Below, piece by piece: positions 31,981 through 35,385 of a stretch of 35,385 nt of DNA. The notes below the pieces were generated by a model that was given only the letters and a program-made list of their open reading frames with translations, ran no database searches and had not been told where the DNA came from. The stretch spans positions 1 through 35,385 of IMG/VR virus record IMGVR_UViG_3300036797_000127. One strand, written 5' to 3'. Origin of the DNA: a virus (taxonomy: Duplodnaviria > Caudoviricetes). Each line of letters begins with the position of its first letter. Position 1 is the first letter of the stretch. The translations under genes and the position numbers were made by a program.

Positions 31981-33768
31981 CTACCCTAAAAAGAGCCAGT
32001 CGCTCGCTTTCGCGATTCCAGGCTTTGGATATTCCACAAACCCAGCCGTGCGCAGCGCGCCCAAAGGATTTGAAAATGCGCCGCCGCGCTCTGAGTAACC
32101 AGCGCGATCGGCGAGCTCCAGCTTTGACAGTTCGCATCCAGCTTCCAGCAAAACAGAAAGAATCTTCCGTTCCGGACCGCGCAGAATCGCCAGAATGCGC
32201 CGGTGAATCTCTTCCTGATCCGGCGCAGGCTCAACTCCTGCCGTTGTGGTCCCTTCCTCTGTGAGTTTCACTCGGCCGCCGCCGGGATATTCAATCAATC
32301 CCATGCTCCGCAACGCGCCAAGAGGATTGCTAAACGCGCCGCCGTTCGGCGAATATCCGGCCCACGCAGCAACCATCTCGCGCGGCGGTTCGTGTTTGTC
32401 GATCGACGCGAGCTCGGCCAGCGCTTTCAGAATTTTCTTGTGCGGGCCGCCCAGATCGCCATTCATTTCGGCGTCGCCAGGTTGTTTTGATAGCATCGGA
32501 CGTGGATGTTGGGGTTGTGGTGAAAACGCCGTACCCCGCTCAGGGCTTCGTCGATCACCTAACGTTTGAAGGCTTTCTCCTTTTTGGATTTCCACGCCCG
32601 AAACTTTTGCGTTCAATATTTTCAAAGCCGCGCGAACGCCGCGTTCCCGATCGAGAGCGAGAAAGCCGGAACCAGAGTTGACGGCCTCATGAACGATCCC
32701 GCGCCACTTATCGCCGCGTTGTGCAACCATTTCCATGAAGGGTTGCAACGCTGCATTTAACTCTCTAATTCCAATCTCGCGTTTGACGGATTTTGCATTC
32801 GTTGGCTGCACTTTCTGCACCGGAGCGCTGCGCAATTGCGCCTTAAGAGATCGAATCTCTGTGCGCAGCTCCGTTTCCGTCTTGGCCTTTTCCTCCGCAG
32901 CTTTGGGCAAATCGGCCAGCTTGGGCAGGAGCTTCGCGATCTCTTCCGGCGCCGGCGGCGGCTCGGACGCATGCTTCGAACTCCCCGCTTCCGGATGCGA
33001 CGTCTCGACCGCGCCAACTTTAAGCAGAATTCGCTCGTCCGCGATCGCAGGTCCCAGCGCATAAAAGCTGCCGCGCTCGAGGAGTTTAATTTCATCGAAA
33101 AACTTATGCTGCTCCGTGCCGTAAACTCCAAGGGCGTCCGCAGCGCGCTTTCGATCGATGTCAATGAACGTGCCGCCAATCATCACATTCAGCATTTCCG
33201 CCGCGGCATCCTTGCGAAACTTTCCAAGCCGCTGAGTCGCTGCTACCAGGCAGAATCCTCGCTTGCGGCCGCGTGTCGCCATGCCGATGACAGATTCCGA
33301 GGCGAGCGATTCGCCGGCGCCCTTTTCCGGGCAAAATACGTGGGCCTCGTCGAGCATAATGATGCAGGGATGCCAGAGGTTTTTCGGGGCGTCGATCATG
33401 GCCTCGAAAAACTTCTGCACCCATTCATGCCGTGACGACGGCTTCATTTCGTACAAATCGCACACGGCCGGCGCGCGCAGCTCCAGTAGCTTATGCGCTA
33501 CAAGAGCAGCCGAGCGAGGATCGGCAGGAGTCTCGCCGCCTTTACCCACGAGCACATAGCCAAATTTCTCGCGTAGACTCGCAAATTCGCCTTCCGGATC
33601 GAGAATGATCACCTGGACTTTGCCGAAGAGCTGCTCCGCCAGTCGGCGCAAGAGCCACGATTTTCCCTTTCCGCTATTCGCCTGGATCAGCAAACGCGTG
33701 CGCAGCAAGACATCAAGGTCGAGCGAGATTTTTTTGCCGTCAGATTCGCCGATCAGTATTTTGCTCAT
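31981..33768 (-). CDS. HerA/FtsK-superfamily ATPase (DUF87-like) with two C-terminal winged-helix repeats
   Basis: QANSGKGKS (Walker A), ILDPEGEF, IMLDEAH (Walker B), RGRKRG, ATQR; duplicated AGYS..GGAFSNPLGALR..G..EYP. Confidence 0.88.
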   Translation of the reverse strand: MSKILIGESDGKKISLDLDVLLRTRLLIQANSGKGKSWLLRRLAEQLFGKVQVIILDPEGEFASLREKFGYVLVGKGGETPADPRSAALVAHKLLELRAPAVCDLYEMKPSSRHEWVQKFFEAMIDAPKNLWHPCIIMLDEAHVFCPEKGAGESLASESVIGMATRGRKRGFCLVAATQRLGKFRKDAAAEMLNVMIGGTFIDIDRKRAADALGVYGTEQHKFFDEIKLLERGSFYALGPAIADERILLKVGAVETSHPEAGSSKHASEPPPAPEEIAKLLPKLADLPKAAEEKAKTETELRTEIRSLKAQLRSAPVQKVQPTNAKSVKREIGIRELNAALQPFMEMVAQRGDKWRGIVHEAVNSGSGFLALDRERGVRAALKILNAKVSGVEIQKGESLQTLGDRRSPERGTAFSPQPQHPRPMLSKQPGDAEMNGDLGGPHKKILKALAELASIDKHEPPREMVAAWAGYSPNGGAFSNPLGALRSMGLIEYPGGGRVKLTEEGTTTAGVEPAPDQEEIHRRILAILRGPERKILSVLLEAGCELSKLELADRAGYSERGGAFSNPLGALRTAGFVEYPKPGIAKASDWLFLG

Positions 33769-34233
33769 TTAGAAAAGCTTCCCTTGTTTTTCCTCTTGCC
33801 TGAAATCTTTCGCAAATGGGCACGTCACAAAATGAGATATTCGCCGGCGCTGCGGATCGTCCTTCATCGGCTCGAGCGGAGCCTATTTCTTTGACGGCGT
33901 TTGCCAGAACTCCAGGGAAGCGTCGCATCGCTTGCATCGCCGCGTATAAACGAAACGGTATCCGGCGGCCTGCAGCTGCTTCGATGTCGCCGGAAATTTA
34001 AACTCTGACACGGTTTTCTTTTCCCCATGTTTGGGACAATGATCCAAGTCGGGCCCAGCGCTGACTGCGCACGCATCGCACATTTTCGCGTCGCACGTTT
34101 TCCCGTTTCCTGCGGGATAATCGCAAAGCTTCGTGTGCGGCCGCGCCTTGCAAAATTGGCACTTGGCAGGCTTTCGATGACCTCCGCAGAATATGGCGAA
34201 TGTGCCATCTCCAAGATCGACGCGCTCGCACAT
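33769..34233 (-). pseudogene. Two-domain Cys-rich protein interrupted by an in-frame TAG at 33883-33885
   Basis: CKRCDASLEFWQTPSKK*APLEP...ISHFVTCPFAKDFR continues in frame to TAA abutting the ATPase ATG. Confidence 0.7.
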
Positions 34234-34237
34234 TTAT

Positions 34238-34339
34238 TCACTTCCGCCAGTGAATAATCTGGCCCTCAAATGGAAGCTTTCCGTCCCAAAATTTGATCAT
34301 GTCGGCAAAGAACCGCTTCTGGAAATTGTAGAGACCCAT
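34238..34339 (-). CDS. 33-aa minigene, apparently an internally deleted ASCH-like gene
   Basis: GAGGAG RBS; MGLYNFQKRF+FADMIKFWDGKLPFEGQIIHWRK. Confidence 0.55.
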   Translation of the reverse strand: MGLYNFQKRFFADMIKFWDGKLPFEGQIIHWRK

Positions 34340-34349
34340 CTCCGCCTCC

Positions 34350-34580
34350 TCAGTGCCTAGCCTTGCGCTCGGCAATTTGTCTTAAGGCAGCTGGCTGGCA
34401 CTCAACGATGCGACCGCCTGGATAAATTTTGTACGCGGAACCCGACGAACGCGTCGCGGCCCAGATGAGCCGGCCAGTAATCCGCGAGAAGTTCAACGCA
34501 TCGTCCAGCGATTCGAAGATTACGGGATCCTCTCGCGTTCCAGTCGGGTAGATCGTCACTGTCGTGATGTGACTCGTCAT
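34350..34580 (-). CDS. Hypothetical protein
   Basis: ATGA overlap with the upstream gene. Confidence 0.65.
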   Translation of the reverse strand: MTSHITTVTIYPTGTREDPVIFESLDDALNFSRITGRLIWAATRSSGSAYKIYPGGRIVECQPAALRQIAERKARH

Positions 34581-34900
34581 GCCGACGCCTTCCATACAAT
34601 CGACGCGCGTCCTGAATCACCGCGGCGACGCTCGCCGGAGTCCCGTACCAGGCCCTTTTCAGTGAGCGGTCTCATGCGCGGCGAGACCGATACCAGGTCG
34701 ACCTTCAGCAGCCAGGCAAGTTCGTGGGTAGTCATGCCAGCCTTGGATAGCTGAAGCGCACGTAGCACGCGCTGCTCGAGATCGGCGACGGGGACCCGAG
34801 CCGCTGCTTTCTTCGACGTGTCCGGATCCTGCCGGCGAGCGCGGCCTGATTCCTGCGGAAGCGGATTGTCGAATAGCCCTGGTTGTGATGCGTTGATCAT
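34577..34900 (-). CDS. Winged-helix DNA-binding protein
   Basis: ARRQDPDTS..AA...GMTTHELA...VSPRMRPL..KGLV.DSGERR...SGR...VW. Confidence 0.8.
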   Translation of the reverse strand: MINASQPGLFDNPLPQESGRARRQDPDTSKKAAARVPVADLEQRVLRALQLSKAGMTTHELAWLLKVDLVSVSPRMRPLTEKGLVRDSGERRRGDSGRASIVWKASA

Positions 34901-35385
34901 TTGGAAATCAACTCCCCAATTATTTCGCGACGCAACGCGCCGAACTTATTGTCAGCGGATTGATATTCTCCATAAAGAGCGACAACCCAAATCCTTTCTC
35001 CTTTCCATTTTTCCGGATTCATGGTGGCGTGGAGCGTGCCTGGTTCGCACAATCGAAGCGGACCTTTGCTCTCGTGAATTACGCCAGGCGCCGCCGCAGC
35101 GAGACGTAATCCTCCATTTGCCGGATGTCCTTCGGAATCGGATCTCCAAAACGCAAGGACTGAGCACTCGAGTTCAGCGCGATCAAGGTGGTCTTTTTGT
35201 TTTCTATCCCATGACGCAACTGAGGATTTGAATATAGCCATCCAATAAGCTGCGGAGCCGGAGCCGGAGCCGTAGCCGGAGCCGTCGCCGTAGCCGTAGC
35301 CGGAGCCGTCGCCGTAGCCGTAGCCGGAGCCGTCGCCGTAGCCGTAGCCGTAGCCGGAGCCGTCGCCGTCGCCGTAGCCGTAGCC
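34897..35385 (-). CDS. Gly-X repeat protein, 5'-truncated by the window edge
   Basis: The frame is open from the window end: (G-Y/D/S)x22-AAYW-MAIFKSS... Confidence 0.75.
   Translation of the reverse strand, partial: GYGYGDGDGSGYGYGYGDGSGYGYGDGSGYGYGDGSGYGSGSGSAAYWMAIFKSSVASWDRKQKDHLDRAELECSVLAFWRSDSEGHPANGGLRLAAAAPGVIHESKGPLRLCEPGTLHATMNPEKWKGERIWVVALYGEYQSADNKFGALRREIIGELISK
35254..35385 (-). repeat. Hexamer tandem repeat GGC-(TAC/GAC/TCC)
   Basis: 22 consecutive gcc-containing hexamers running to the window end. Confidence 0.95.

Larger units (their letters stand above)
1..35385. mobile_element. Temperate siphophage / prophage (HK97-like head, GTA-like tail tip), filling the whole window
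   Basis: Complete ordered packaging-head-tail-lysis module on the minus strand plus a tyrosine integrase; no host housekeeping genes seen. Confidence 0.97.

Noticed and set aside
33883-33885. Genome-wide amber stop recoding
   Set aside because: TAG terminates other genes at their expected ends, e.g. 12277 (TAG directly followed by the next ATG), 10832 and 6211.
35254-35385. CRISPR-like array
   Set aside because: Contiguous hexamers without spacers, in frame with a coding sequence.

Overview
The whole window is one temperate, lambda/HK97-like siphophage genome segment; no host genes are recognisable. On the minus strand, from right to left, are: a mosaic of small early/middle genes with a HerA/FtsK-type ATPase carrying tandem winged helices, HNH, a putative cos region, TerS and TerL, portal, S49 protease, HK97-type capsid and head-tail genes. 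These are followed by the tail tube, a -1 frameshifted G/GT chaperone, tape measure, a GTA-type tail tip (DUF2460 Dit, DUF2163/BR0599 hub, NlpC/P60, megatron-like protein, DUF2793-like protein) and a GH108 lysis cassette. A tyrosine integrase on the plus strand converges on the lysis genes. The most unusual signals are: (i) an antisense 74-aa gene between tape measure and Dit that carries a protein-level copy (13/18 aa) of the phage's own baseplate-hub C-terminal motif, a candidate tail-assembly decoy; (ii) a tail-tube paralogue lacking the polymerisation loop and ending like the gpGT chaperone; (iii) five virion-type accessory genes that start with Sec-like signal peptides; (iv) small genes inserted with duplication of the neighbour's gene end; (v) structured intergenic segments inside the late operon. 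All family assignments are from motif recognition by eye; no searches were run.
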